NCBI GenBank assembly: GCA_024636315.1
Contig: JAGXHJ010000074.1
Span: forward strand, 4,062 to 68,061
Length of the DNA stretch: 64,000 bases
From: Methylophaga sp.
GTDB taxonomy: Bacteria; Pseudomonadota; Gammaproteobacteria; Nitrosococcales; Methylophagaceae
Direction: 5' to 3'
A model generated the notes under the pieces. That model ran no database searches and was not told the origin of the DNA. It saw only the letters and a program-made list of their open reading frames with translations. The position numbers and the translations under genes were made by a program. Each line of letters opens with the position of its first letter. Positions within the stretch are counted from its first letter, which is position 1. This document shows, piece after piece, positions 20,303-29,729 of the stretch.

Positions 20303-21085
20303 ATGAACGTACAAAACTATATCGATCACCACATCCCAGCTCAGTTTTCAATCAAGCATGTCGCCATTGTCAGACCATTTAACTGGCTTATTCTTGCTTG
20401 GCAAGATATTAGTCTTCACCCCAAAGCCAGCCTTGCCCATGGTCTTATTGTCACCAGCTTACTGTTGGTCACCCTGCTTATCACCAGTATTCATGTTTAT
20501 GTGATTGCCGCAGCGATCATCGGCTTTATGCTGATAGGGCCGATCTTATCTGCTGGACTATGTGAACAATCTCGACAAAGCGAACAAGGCAAACCCGTTA
20601 GCTTTGATAGTTCGCTAGAAGGTCTAAAACGTTGCCAAAGTTCACTGATCCAATTCTCCGGCATATTATTAGGTTTCACTATGACTTGGTTTGCAATATC
20701 AGCCTTATTGTTGTTAGTCACCATAGGTAGTGCCCTACCATCACTACAACAACTGTTATGGGGCAATATTTTCGACATTATTACACCGATGCAACTAGCG
20801 CTCTATACTGTCATTGGCGGCTTACTCGCCAGTATCGTGTTTGTAGTGTCCGTTATATCCGTACCGGCCATTATTGAAAATAATATATCCGCTATTGATG
20901 CCATGGTAGCCAGCGTAAAAGTAGTGAGTGAAAACATTCCTACCATGTTGGTTTGGGCGGCACTGATTGTATTGCTGACAGGCCTAGGATTTATGACTTA
21001 CCTAATCGGAATGGTCGTGATTTATCCACTATTAGCCCATGCCTCATGGCATGCTTATCGGGATTTGGTACAGAATGACAAGTGA
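20303..21085 (+). CDS. integral membrane protein, possibly DUF2189 family
   Basis: The ORF is 20243..21085. The likely start is MNVQNY at 20303, preceded by gaggag. There are about 5 TM segments. The family assignment is from memory only. Confidence 0.6.
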   Translation: MNVQNYIDHHIPAQFSIKHVAIVRPFNWLILAWQDISLHPKASLAHGLIVTSLLLVTLLITSIHVYVIAAAIIGFMLIGPILSAGLCEQSRQSEQGKPVSFDSSLEGLKRCQSSLIQFSGILLGFTMTWFAISALLLLVTIGSALPSLQQLLWGNIFDIITPMQLALYTVIGGLLASIVFVVSVISVPAIIENNISAIDAMVASVKVVSENIPTMLVWAALIVLLTGLGFMTYLIGMVVIYPLLAHASWHAYRDLVQNDK

Positions 21086-21152
21086 TGTAAATCACAGCAT
21101 ACAAACGAAAAATGATGAATAATAACTATCTTTAACATTGGAAATAAACTTT

Positions 21153-21473
21153 ATGAAAATATCATACCTTTTGACAGCCATAGCCTTGTTCTCATTCAGC
21201 GCTCATGCCGATGACTCTACTCTAGATGCCGCCATTGGTGGCGGAATCGGTGGCGCCGTTGGTGCAGCCATAGGGAATGAAGTCGGTGGCAAACAAGGCG
21301 CCATTATTGGTGGTGGAATAGGCGGTGCGACCGGAGCCGCGATAGCAGTAGATGGAGATGTATCAGGGCATGGAGAAGAGTCAGGACATCATGACGACGG
21401 CCATCATGATCATGAATCATCACACAAACAAAAGTTTTGCCCACCAGGCCAAGCTAAAAAAGGTAACTGTTAA
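21153..21473 (+). CDS. small secreted protein with a glycine-zipper segment and a His/Asp-rich tail
   Basis: It has the signal peptide MKISYLLTAIALFSFSAHA and a GGGIGGAVGAAIGNEVGG...GGGIGGATGAAIA glycine zipper. The tail is HGEESGHHDDGHHDHESSH and the C-terminus is CPPGQAKKGNC. Confidence 0.6.
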   Translation: MKISYLLTAIALFSFSAHADDSTLDAAIGGGIGGAVGAAIGNEVGGKQGAIIGGGIGGATGAAIAVDGDVSGHGEESGHHDDGHHDHESSHKQKFCPPGQAKKGNC

Positions 21474-21556
21474 AGACAAATTATTAAAATGCACTTCGGT
21501 GATCAAGCTTATAGAAAGAATCTCTGAAGTAGCATTTTAGTTTTTGAGCAAAAGAT

Positions 21557-21612
21557 AAATTTGTTAGGAAATATTTGGATGCGGTGACATCCGTATTCTT
21601 CCTGACAAATTT
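21557..21612. repeat. 56-nt hairpin element (14-bp outer stem with 1 mismatch, 5-bp inner stem)
   Basis: aaatttgttaggaa (21557-21570) pairs with ttcctgacaaattt (21599-21612). The inner stem is ggatg/catcc at 21577-21592. The arm sequence recurs at 21800-21813. Confidence 0.7.
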
Positions 21613-21637
21613 TTCGCTAACGCTTTGACACTCATCA

Positions 21638-22034
21638 CACCAAATAGCTAATTTTTTTTGCGGTGAAAAAACGTGGGAAATATACCGAGACTCAAAGTAT
21701 CACTGAATCTTCACTAAAATACCCACGGATCGCCCTTATACGAAGCCGAGCATCGCAAGAACTAAATGATCAAATACTGCGGTGTTTGAGCGTAGCGACA
21801 AATTTGTCAGGAACAAATTTGGACGCCGGAGGCGCCCGCAGGGAAAGTGGCAGGGACGCCACGAATCAATTGCGTAGTATTTCATTTAGTTCTGAGAAGC
21901 GCAGGGAACCCGCTAGGGCAAGTCTCGGGCTGGCCTTTTTTGGTTCGTTTTTTGGCCACGCAAAAAATGAACATGGGCTTTAGTCCATAATGAGATGACA
22001 AGCCTTGCCAAAAAATAAATCTGTCCCCTTTTTT
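21638..22034 (+). repeat. intergenic repeat copy A (about 326-bp unit plus a 71-bp nested insert)
   Basis: It aligns by eye almost base-for-base with 22233..22555, from caccaaatagct... through ...ataaatctgtcccctttt. It contains an internal imperfect inverted repeat, gaactaaatgatSaaatactgcg / cgtagtatttcatttagttc. Confidence 0.8.
21799..21869 (+). repeat. 71-bp insertion in the hairpin loop of repeat copy A, related to the 21557-21612 hairpin element
   Basis: Copy B has a single g where copy A has caaatttgtcaggaacaaatttggacgcc...cgaatcaa. The first 30 nt or so resemble aaatttgttaggaaatatttggatgcgg at 21557. Confidence 0.7.
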
Positions 22035-22099
22035 GTTTAATACGACTTGTGGTGTGGATAAGTCATTTATTTGTTTCAAAGTCCACGCTGCCGCTGGGC

Positions 22100-22218
22100 G
22101 TTCATTTCTTTTGCGTGCCCAAAAGAAACCGAACCAAAGAAAAGGCACCCTTATCGCCTGACTTCCAAAAACATAAACTATGTGGTGGCGTGGGCGACAA
22201 TTCGCTACGCTCAAACAC
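22100..22218 (-). repeat. diverged, inverted partial copy (C) of the same repeat family
   Basis: gttcatttcttttgcgtgcccaaaagaaaccgaaccaaagaaaaggc is the approximate reverse complement of ggccttttttggttcgttttttggccacgcaaaaaatgaac. cgctacgctcaaacac is the reverse complement of the gtgtttgagcgtagcg core. Confidence 0.6.
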
Positions 22219-22232
22219 TCGCCCACTTATTC

Positions 22233-22555
22233 CACCAAATAGCTTATTTTTTGGCGGCGATAACATGTGATAGAGGGCGAGACTCTAAGTATCATTGATC
22301 TTCGATAAAATACCCACGGATGCCCTTATACGAAGCCGAGCATCGCAAGAACTAAATGATGAAATACTGCGGTGTTTGAGCGTAGCGAGTTGCGTAGTAT
22401 TTCATTTAGTTCTGAGAAGCGCAGGGAACCCGCTAGGGCAAGTATGGGATTGGCCTTTTTTGGTTCGTTTTTTGGCCACGCAAAAAATGAACATGGGCTT
22501 TAGTCCATAAGGAGATGACAAAGCTTTCCACAAAATAAATCTGTCCCCTTTTTAC
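22233..22555 (+). repeat. intergenic repeat copy B (about 323 bp)
   Basis: A direct repeat of copy A without the nested insert. It ends in tgtcccctttttac, which is then duplicated in tandem at 22557-22570. Confidence 0.8.
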
Positions 22556-22604
22556 ATGTCCCCTTTTTACCCATATACATATAGCATCTTCTAATCACTA
22601 CCAT

Positions 22605-23081
22605 TCAATCGTCAGTATGAATTATCATCATTTTTCTTAAAATTGACACCAAAACGGAAACAATCTCATAAATTATAGAAAAAGCTAGAAGGGCTATAAA
22701 AATCTCAAACGAAGAAATTAGTTTATGCTTTAAATACTCTGAAGTAAGCCCAAAAGCTTCAATAGAAAATGGGTAATTTAATGTCCTCAAGTAAGGCATT
22801 GCAACTGCAAAGAACAAGCATATGACTAATATTTTGACATCTGTTTCAAGACTACTAACAAAAGATTGGAAATTTTGACTATTTTCTGCTTTCTTTTTAG
22901 TTTTAGTTGAGGATGCAGATAATACTGATACAACGATAGATGTGCATGCTAACACTCCACCTAAGGAAGCACCTAAAACAAGAGGCAAGCTTTTTTCAAG
23001 TATTTGGTATGATTCTGGGCTAGTACTCGAAAATAGCACGGCGACAATCGTTAATATAAATACTCCAATTAATATTTTCAT
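22605..23081 (-). CDS. hypothetical four-TM membrane protein (second gene of the orphan two-gene module)
   Basis: 158 aa. Hydrophobic segments lie at about residues 2-18, 33-56, 83-100 and 124-148, with a Lys-rich loop (STKTKKKAE) after TM2. The ATG overlaps the upstream stop (ATGA). The gene is markedly AT-rich. Confidence 0.7.
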   Translation of the reverse strand: MKILIGVFILTIVAVLFSSTSPESYQILEKSLPLVLGASLGGVLACTSIVVSVLSASSTKTKKKAENSQNFQSFVSSLETDVKILVICLFFAVAMPYLRTLNYPFSIEAFGLTSEYLKHKLISSFEIFIALLAFSIIYEIVSVLVSILRKMMIIHTDD

Positions 23082-23920
23082 TTTTTATATGAGTACCTCT
23101 CCCTGAGCATTTCAACAATTTGAGCTACATCTTCTGGGCTGTAATTATTTAACTCAACTTCTGTGATAATCCCTTCGACAATCAAAAGTTTAACTCTTTG
23201 CTTACTGTTGATTGTTTTGTATTGGTCTTTGAGTTTTTTCTTCCCTCTTATGCTCCACTCACCAGCACCATCTTGAATCCAGTCAATCATGGCATCTAAC
23301 CATTTCGATGGTTTTAGATGTAAATTACCATCGGCATTTCTAAAAATAGGGGCAAATTCAGAAGCATTTGTTTGATCAGAAACTTCGTGCAGAAACTCGC
23401 CAATTTCTTTTTTTGTGTTTCCAAAAAGATTTGGAGAAACTAAATTCAATTTTACTTCTCGAACATAATGAAATGAGTTAAAAGTATCCCAAAAAGCACT
23501 TTCTACCAACTTAGGCTTTATATATGCTCGAAGCGAATTTTCTGCAAGCGTTATGTTATTCGCAATATTTTCAAATGTTCTAGCGGCCATATTTGCACTA
23601 CTAAAAACAGATCTCTTATTTTCAATTAATATTGCCTGTTCCTCCCTGTCCCAGAACCACACTACTGGAGGAAAGTCCTCTTCCTGATGAAGTTGAAAAT
23701 TTCTATCGTGAAGTTTAACATCAGACTTTTTTGAAACCACGCCAGACATATAACCTGCTTCATTATCTTTTGTATAAACTTTTATAGAAAATTCATCGCT
23801 TCTTTCTTCAGCTTTATCGAGCGCCTCTTCAAAAAACCTAATGTCTTTACTAAGTTCCTTCTCGATAAACAATCCACTATCAACTGGTAATAGAGACACC
23901 TGCAATACATTAAATTCCAT
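23078..23920 (-). CDS. hypothetical soluble protein, no family recognised (first gene of the orphan two-gene module)
   Basis: 280 aa with no TM segment or signal peptide. AGGAGA lies 8 nt upstream of the ATG at 23920, and the gene starts 28 nt after the glmU stop. It is AT-rich compared with its neighbours. Confidence 0.75.
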   Translation of the reverse strand: MEFNVLQVSLLPVDSGLFIEKELSKDIRFFEEALDKAEERSDEFSIKVYTKDNEAGYMSGVVSKKSDVKLHDRNFQLHQEEDFPPVVWFWDREEQAILIENKRSVFSSANMAARTFENIANNITLAENSLRAYIKPKLVESAFWDTFNSFHYVREVKLNLVSPNLFGNTKKEIGEFLHEVSDQTNASEFAPIFRNADGNLHLKPSKWLDAMIDWIQDGAGEWSIRGKKKLKDQYKTINSKQRVKLLIVEGIITEVELNNYSPEDVAQIVEMLRERYSYKK

Positions 23921-23948
23921 TTATCATTTCTCCTAGATAATAACAGTA

Positions 23949-25313
23949 CTATATTTTCTTAACCGGTCTCCGCCATCCCTTAACCGTCCGCTGCTCCGAC
24001 TTCGTCAACGTCAATGCATCAGCAGGTGCAGTCTTACGCAAAGTAGTCCCAGCACCAATCGTCGCATCATCTTCAACCGTCACTGGCGCTACTAACTGCG
24101 TATCAGAGCCCACAAACACTCTATCACCAATAGTCGTACGATGTTTATTCGCCCCATCATAGTTACAGGTAATGGTGCCTGCACCAATATTTACATCCGA
24201 ACCCATATCGGTATCACCAATATAACTGAGGTGATTTACTTTTGAGCCTTTGCCAATATTGGCATTCTTGGTTTCTACAAAATTACCAATTTTGGCTTTG
24301 TCTGCGAGTACAGTACCGGGCCGTAATCGTGCGAAGGGGCCAATATTAACGTTGGCTCCGATGGTACTAGAATCAATCATGCTGTTAGCAAGAATAATCG
24401 TACCTTCACCAATCGTTGCGTCTTTAATAATGCAGTTGGCACCTATCTCAACATTATTGGCCAAGGTGACTTCACCCTCGAAAATGACATTCACATCGAT
24501 CGTAATGTCAGTACCAGTCGTCAGTTGGCCACGGATATCAATACGTGAAGGATCAGCAAGAGTGACACCATTAACCATCAACTCGTTAGCTTGTAATAAC
24601 TGATAATGTCGCTCTAATGCTGCCAATTGCTGACGCGTATTAACACCAGCGACTTCAGCATTATCACTGCAACATACGGTATTAATTGCAATGCCTTCTG
24701 TTACGGCAAGTGACACCATATCTGTTAAATAATATTCACCTTGTGCGTTATTATTGGTTAGTTTTGCTACAGAATCAGCTAACCATTTCGCAGGTAAAAC
24801 CATGATTCCACTATTCACTTCTTGTATGGTTAGTGTTTGAGCATCAGCATCTTTTTGCTCAATGATGCAAGTCACATCGCCAGCATCATTACGAACGATT
24901 CGCCCATAACCTGTTGGCTCAGCAAGTTCAGTTGTCAAAATTCTCAAACTATTAGCATCTCCACAGTCTATTAGCTGTTGCAATGTGGAGAGTTGGGTCA
25001 ATGGTACATCACCATAAAGAACGAGCACTTGTTCAGCATTAGCAAATTGCGCTGTTGCTTGCATAACGGCATGGCCTGTACCCAATTGTTCATGTTGCAT
25101 CACTTCTGTAACGTTTTTAGTTTCCAATAATAGTTGAACTTGTTCTGCGCCATTACCAGTAACAACGGTCAGGTTGCTCGGTTCTAATCTTTTTGCGGTA
25201 TCAATAACATGTTCAACGAGTGGCCTACCAGCAAGTTTGTGCATTACTTTGGTGATGGCAGACTTCATTCTTGTGCCTTTTCCAGCGGCTAAGATGACGA
25301 TACTTAATGACAT
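23949..25313 (-). CDS. glmU: bifunctional UDP-N-acetylglucosamine pyrophosphorylase / glucosamine-1-phosphate N-acetyltransferase
   Basis: 454 aa with MSLSIVILAAGKGTRMKS and a C-terminal left-handed beta-helix of hexapeptide repeats. It sits downstream of the atp operon, as is typical. Confidence 0.96.
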   Translation of the reverse strand: MSLSIVILAAGKGTRMKSAITKVMHKLAGRPLVEHVIDTAKRLEPSNLTVVTGNGAEQVQLLLETKNVTEVMQHEQLGTGHAVMQATAQFANAEQVLVLYGDVPLTQLSTLQQLIDCGDANSLRILTTELAEPTGYGRIVRNDAGDVTCIIEQKDADAQTLTIQEVNSGIMVLPAKWLADSVAKLTNNNAQGEYYLTDMVSLAVTEGIAINTVCCSDNAEVAGVNTRQQLAALERHYQLLQANELMVNGVTLADPSRIDIRGQLTTGTDITIDVNVIFEGEVTLANNVEIGANCIIKDATIGEGTIILANSMIDSSTIGANVNIGPFARLRPGTVLADKAKIGNFVETKNANIGKGSKVNHLSYIGDTDMGSDVNIGAGTITCNYDGANKHRTTIGDRVFVGSDTQLVAPVTVEDDATIGAGTTLRKTAPADALTLTKSEQRTVKGWRRPVKKI

Positions 25314-25364
25314 GATATATTTCCGTTAGCGATGTTTGGTTTTGTATTCTATCAATTTCAGGCA

Positions 25365-25398
25365 AAAAAAAGGCTGTCATAAGACAGCCTTTTTTTAT
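25365..25398 (-). terminator. rho-independent terminator after atpC
   Basis: The minus strand reads AAGGCTGTCttatGACAGCCTT followed by tttttttt. An A-run on the other side makes it bidirectional in form. Confidence 0.7.
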
Positions 25399-25411
25399 AG
25401 CCTTAGGTCTT

Positions 25412-25834
25412 TTAGTGACCTTTGCCTTTTCTCATTCGATCAATACTGCGTAGTTGAGCCATTGCTTCAGCCAATTTAGCTTGTGCTTCAGCATAATCAA
25501 GTTTCGCACCACGATCTATTAGCGAACGTTCTGCCTCAGCCTTAGCTTGTAGTGCCGCAGCTTCATCAATATCATCAGCACGTAAAGCAGTATCAGCCAA
25601 GATAGTCACAACACTTGGTTGTACTTCTAGGATGCCACCTGAAACGTAGAATTGTTCTTCTACACCGTTAACCAAGATACGAACTTCGCCCGGTTTTAAA
25701 CGAGTCAACATAGGTGTATGACGTGGATAAATACCCACTTCACCCATAACTGCAGAAGCAAAAACAGCCTCTACTCGACCTGAATAAATCGAGGTGTCTG
25801 CGCTTACGATATCAACGTGAATTGTCATTGCCAT
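25412..25834 (-). CDS. atpC: F0F1 ATP synthase subunit epsilon
   Basis: 140 aa. It is the last gene of the atp operon and has the typical [12 protein letters not shown]...IYSG N-terminus. Confidence 0.95.
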   Translation of the reverse strand: MAMTIHVDIVSADTSIYSGRVEAVFASAVMGEVGIYPRHTPMLTRLKPGEVRILVNGVEEQFYVSGGILEVQPSVVTILADTALRADDIDEAAALQAKAEAERSLIDRGAKLDYAEAQAKLAEAMAQLRSIDRMRKGKGH

Positions 25835-25855
25835 TGTCCAGCACCTCCTAAAAGG

Positions 25856-27259
<1,404 letters not shown>

Positions 27260-27282
27260 CTATTAGGCCCATGTTATTTGCT

Positions 27283-28149
27283 TTATACCGCAGCGGCACC
27301 AGCAACAATCTCAGATATTTCTTGCGTAATAGACGCTTGGCGCGCTTTGTTATAAACAAGTTGCAAGTCATCAATAAGGTCACCCGCATTATCAGACGCG
27401 CTTTTCATTGCGACCATACGAGAGGCTTGTTCACAAGCGATGTTTTCAACGACGCCTTGGTAAACCAAAGACTCGATGTATCTCACCAACAGGTGGTCTA
27501 ACACCTCTTTGGCATCCGGCTCGTAGATATAATCCCAGTGATGGGACATTTCAGCGCTCGGCTTTTCAGGCGTCGCTGGTAACAATTGAACAACTTTGTT
27601 GCCTTGAGTCATGGTGTTCACGAACTCATTGAAAACTAGGTACAAACTATCAATGCTACCGTCTTCATAGGCATCAAGCATCACTTTCACAGCGCCAATC
27701 AGTTCGTGTGGACGTGGTGTATCACCTAATTGAACAACCTGTCCAGTTAGATTTACAGGCAATCGACCAAAATAGCTTGTTGCTTTTTTGCCGATAGTAC
27801 AAACATCAACTTCAAGACCTTTATCAATCTTAGTTTTGATATCTTTAAGCGCCGTTTTGAATAAGTTATTATTCAAACCACCACATAATCCACGATCAGA
27901 AGATACAATAATGTAACCAACTCGTTTTGTTTCTTCTCTATCTTGTAAATACACATGTTTGTATTCAGGATGAGCAAAAGCCAAATGTTGGATTACATTA
28001 TGAATCTTAGTCGCATAAGGACGTGTCGCCGCCATACGCTCTTGAGCTTTACGCATTTTACTCGCAGCAACCATCTCCATTGCACGCGTAATCTTTTGCG
28101 TGTTTTTGATGCTTGCTATCTGAGTCCGTATCTCTTTGCCGCTAGCCAT
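27283..28149 (-). CDS. atpG: F0F1 ATP synthase subunit gamma
   Basis: 288 aa beginning [36 protein letters not shown]. Confidence 0.97.
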   Translation of the reverse strand: MASGKEIRTQIASIKNTQKITRAMEMVAASKMRKAQERMAATRPYATKIHNVIQHLAFAHPEYKHVYLQDREETKRVGYIIVSSDRGLCGGLNNNLFKTALKDIKTKIDKGLEVDVCTIGKKATSYFGRLPVNLTGQVVQLGDTPRPHELIGAVKVMLDAYEDGSIDSLYLVFNEFVNTMTQGNKVVQLLPATPEKPSAEMSHHWDYIYEPDAKEVLDHLLVRYIESLVYQGVVENIACEQASRMVAMKSASDNAGDLIDDLQLVYNKARQASITQEISEIVAGAAAV

Positions 28150-28163
28150 GGCTTATGCTCCGA

Positions 28164-29705
28164 TTACCAACTACCTGTAGTTTTGAAACTTTCAATCGCT
28201 GCCGTCATTGCGCTAGCGATATCTTTATCAAATCCACCGGTTTCGTTTATTTTTGCCATTAAATCAGCATGCTTAGATTTCATATTTGATAATAAAGCTG
28301 CTTCGAAAGAACCTACTTTCTTTACATCTACATCATCAATGAAACCTTCGTTAGCTGCATGTAATGACATCGCCATTTCTGCAATTGATAACGGCTGATA
28401 CTGGCCTTGCTTCATCAATTCAGTAACGCGTTGACCACGTTGAATTTGATTACGAGTCGCTTCATCTAGATCTGATGCAAACTGAGCAAATGCTGCCAAT
28501 TCACGATACTGAGCTAAATCTAAACGCGTACTACCACCCAATTTCTTAATGATCTTAGTTTGAGCTGCACCACCAACACGTGATACCGACAAACCAGCAT
28601 TAATCGCAGGACGAATACCTGCATTAAACAAATCTGTTTCTAAGAAGATCTGACCATCAGTAATCGAAATTACGTTAGTAGGTACGAATGCTGATACGTC
28701 ACCCGCTTGGGTTTCAATGATAGGTAAAGCAGTTAATGAACCTGTTTTGCCTTTAACAGCGCCATTGGTTAATTTTTCTACGTAGTCAGCACTTACACGA
28801 GATGCACGCTCTAATAAACGAGAGTGAATATAGAAAACGTCACCAGGATAAGCTTCACGACCTGGTGGACGACGTAACAACAATGATACTTGGCGATAAG
28901 CCCAAGCTTGTTTTGTTAAATCATCATAAACGATTAAGGCATCTTCACCTTTATCACGGTAGTACTCACCCATTGAACAACCAGCATATGGTGCAATAAA
29001 TTGCAATGCAGCTGAATCAGACGCTGCCGCAGCAACGATGGTTGTGTATTCTAATGCGCCGTGCTCTTCTAATTTACGAACAACGTTCGCAATAGAAGAT
29101 GCTTTTTGACCGATAGCAACATAGATACATTTAACGCCTGTACCTTTTTGGTTGATAATCGCATCGATTGCAATAGCAGTTTTACCCGTTTGACGATCAC
29201 CGATGATTAACTCACGTTGACCACGGCCAACTGGAATCATGGCATCAACAGATTTCAAACCTGTTTGTAATGGTTGATCTACCGATTGACGAGAAATAAC
29301 GCCTGGCGCTACTTTTTCAATTGGCGCTGAACTTTCAGCTGCGATATCGCCTTTACCATCAATTGGGTTACCTAAAGCGTCAACTACACGACCCAATAAG
29401 GCTTCACCAACGGGTACTTCTAAAATACGGCCAGTACATTTAACGCTATCGCCTTCTGTAATGTGTTGGTATGGACCTAATACCACTGCACCGACAGAGT
29501 CGCGTTCTAAGTTTAATGCCATACCAAATGTATTGCCTGGGAACTCTAACATTTCCCCTGCCATAACATCGGCTAAGCCGTGAACACGTACGATACCATC
29601 GGTTACACCAACAACAGTACCTTCTGTGCGTGCTTCAGTTGCCCCATCAAAGCTTGCAATTCGCTTTTTGATTAGGTCACTGATTTCTGCTGAATTCAGT
29701 TGCAT
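28164..29705 (-). CDS. atpA: F0F1 ATP synthase subunit alpha
   Basis: 513 aa with Walker A GDRQTGKT. Confidence 0.98.
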   Translation of the reverse strand: MQLNSAEISDLIKKRIASFDGATEARTEGTVVGVTDGIVRVHGLADVMAGEMLEFPGNTFGMALNLERDSVGAVVLGPYQHITEGDSVKCTGRILEVPVGEALLGRVVDALGNPIDGKGDIAAESSAPIEKVAPGVISRQSVDQPLQTGLKSVDAMIPVGRGQRELIIGDRQTGKTAIAIDAIINQKGTGVKCIYVAIGQKASSIANVVRKLEEHGALEYTTIVAAAASDSAALQFIAPYAGCSMGEYYRDKGEDALIVYDDLTKQAWAYRQVSLLLRRPPGREAYPGDVFYIHSRLLERASRVSADYVEKLTNGAVKGKTGSLTALPIIETQAGDVSAFVPTNVISITDGQIFLETDLFNAGIRPAINAGLSVSRVGGAAQTKIIKKLGGSTRLDLAQYRELAAFAQFASDLDEATRNQIQRGQRVTELMKQGQYQPLSIAEMAMSLHAANEGFIDDVDVKKVGSFEAALLSNMKSKHADLMAKINETGGFDKDIASAMTAAIESFKTTGSW

Positions 29706-29729
29706 CTCTGTTTCCTCATTAACCGGCCG

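Noticed and set aside
22053-22061. A perfect consensus DnaA box (TGTGGATAA) inside the repeat region.
   Set aside because: It is a single isolated 9-mer. An exact match is expected roughly 0.5 times by chance in 64 kb on two strands. There is no cluster of boxes and no adjacent AT-rich unwinding element.
21663-22510. Five ORFs of 71-114 aa in the ORF track: 21663..21983 (+), 21882..22226 (-), 22049..22270 (+), 22071..22298 (+) and 22295..22510 (+).
   Set aside because: They lie entirely inside the repeat copies, overlap one another on both strands and in several frames, and have no RBS. Their reading frames are broken between copy A and copy B by the 71-bp insertion. I treat them as spurious translations of non-coding repeats.
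21557-22570. The repeat cluster as a possible CRISPR array or integron attC/cassette array.
   Set aside because: The repeat units are about 325 bp, not 24-48 bp. There is no regular repeat-spacer periodicity and no cas or intI gene in the window. I could not find inverse-core/core sites (RYYYAAC / GTTRRRY) bounding the units.
23078-23920. Assigning the orphan pair to Kiwa (KwaA 4-TM plus KwaB DUF4868) or another named defence family. I also considered reading WDTFNSFHYVREVK as a PD-(D/E)xK nuclease motif.
   Set aside because: The gene order is the reverse of Kiwa as I remember it, where the TM gene comes first. I cannot verify any sequence similarity without a search. The D-x10-E-x-K pattern is far too degenerate to support a nuclease call.
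22605-25313. Using AGA/AGG arginine codon usage in the 280-aa gene as evidence of foreign origin.
   Set aside because: I checked adjacent glmU and found that it also uses AGA/AGG several times (for example GTRMK and AKRLE). Arg codon choice therefore does not discriminate here. Only the G+C difference is retained as evidence.
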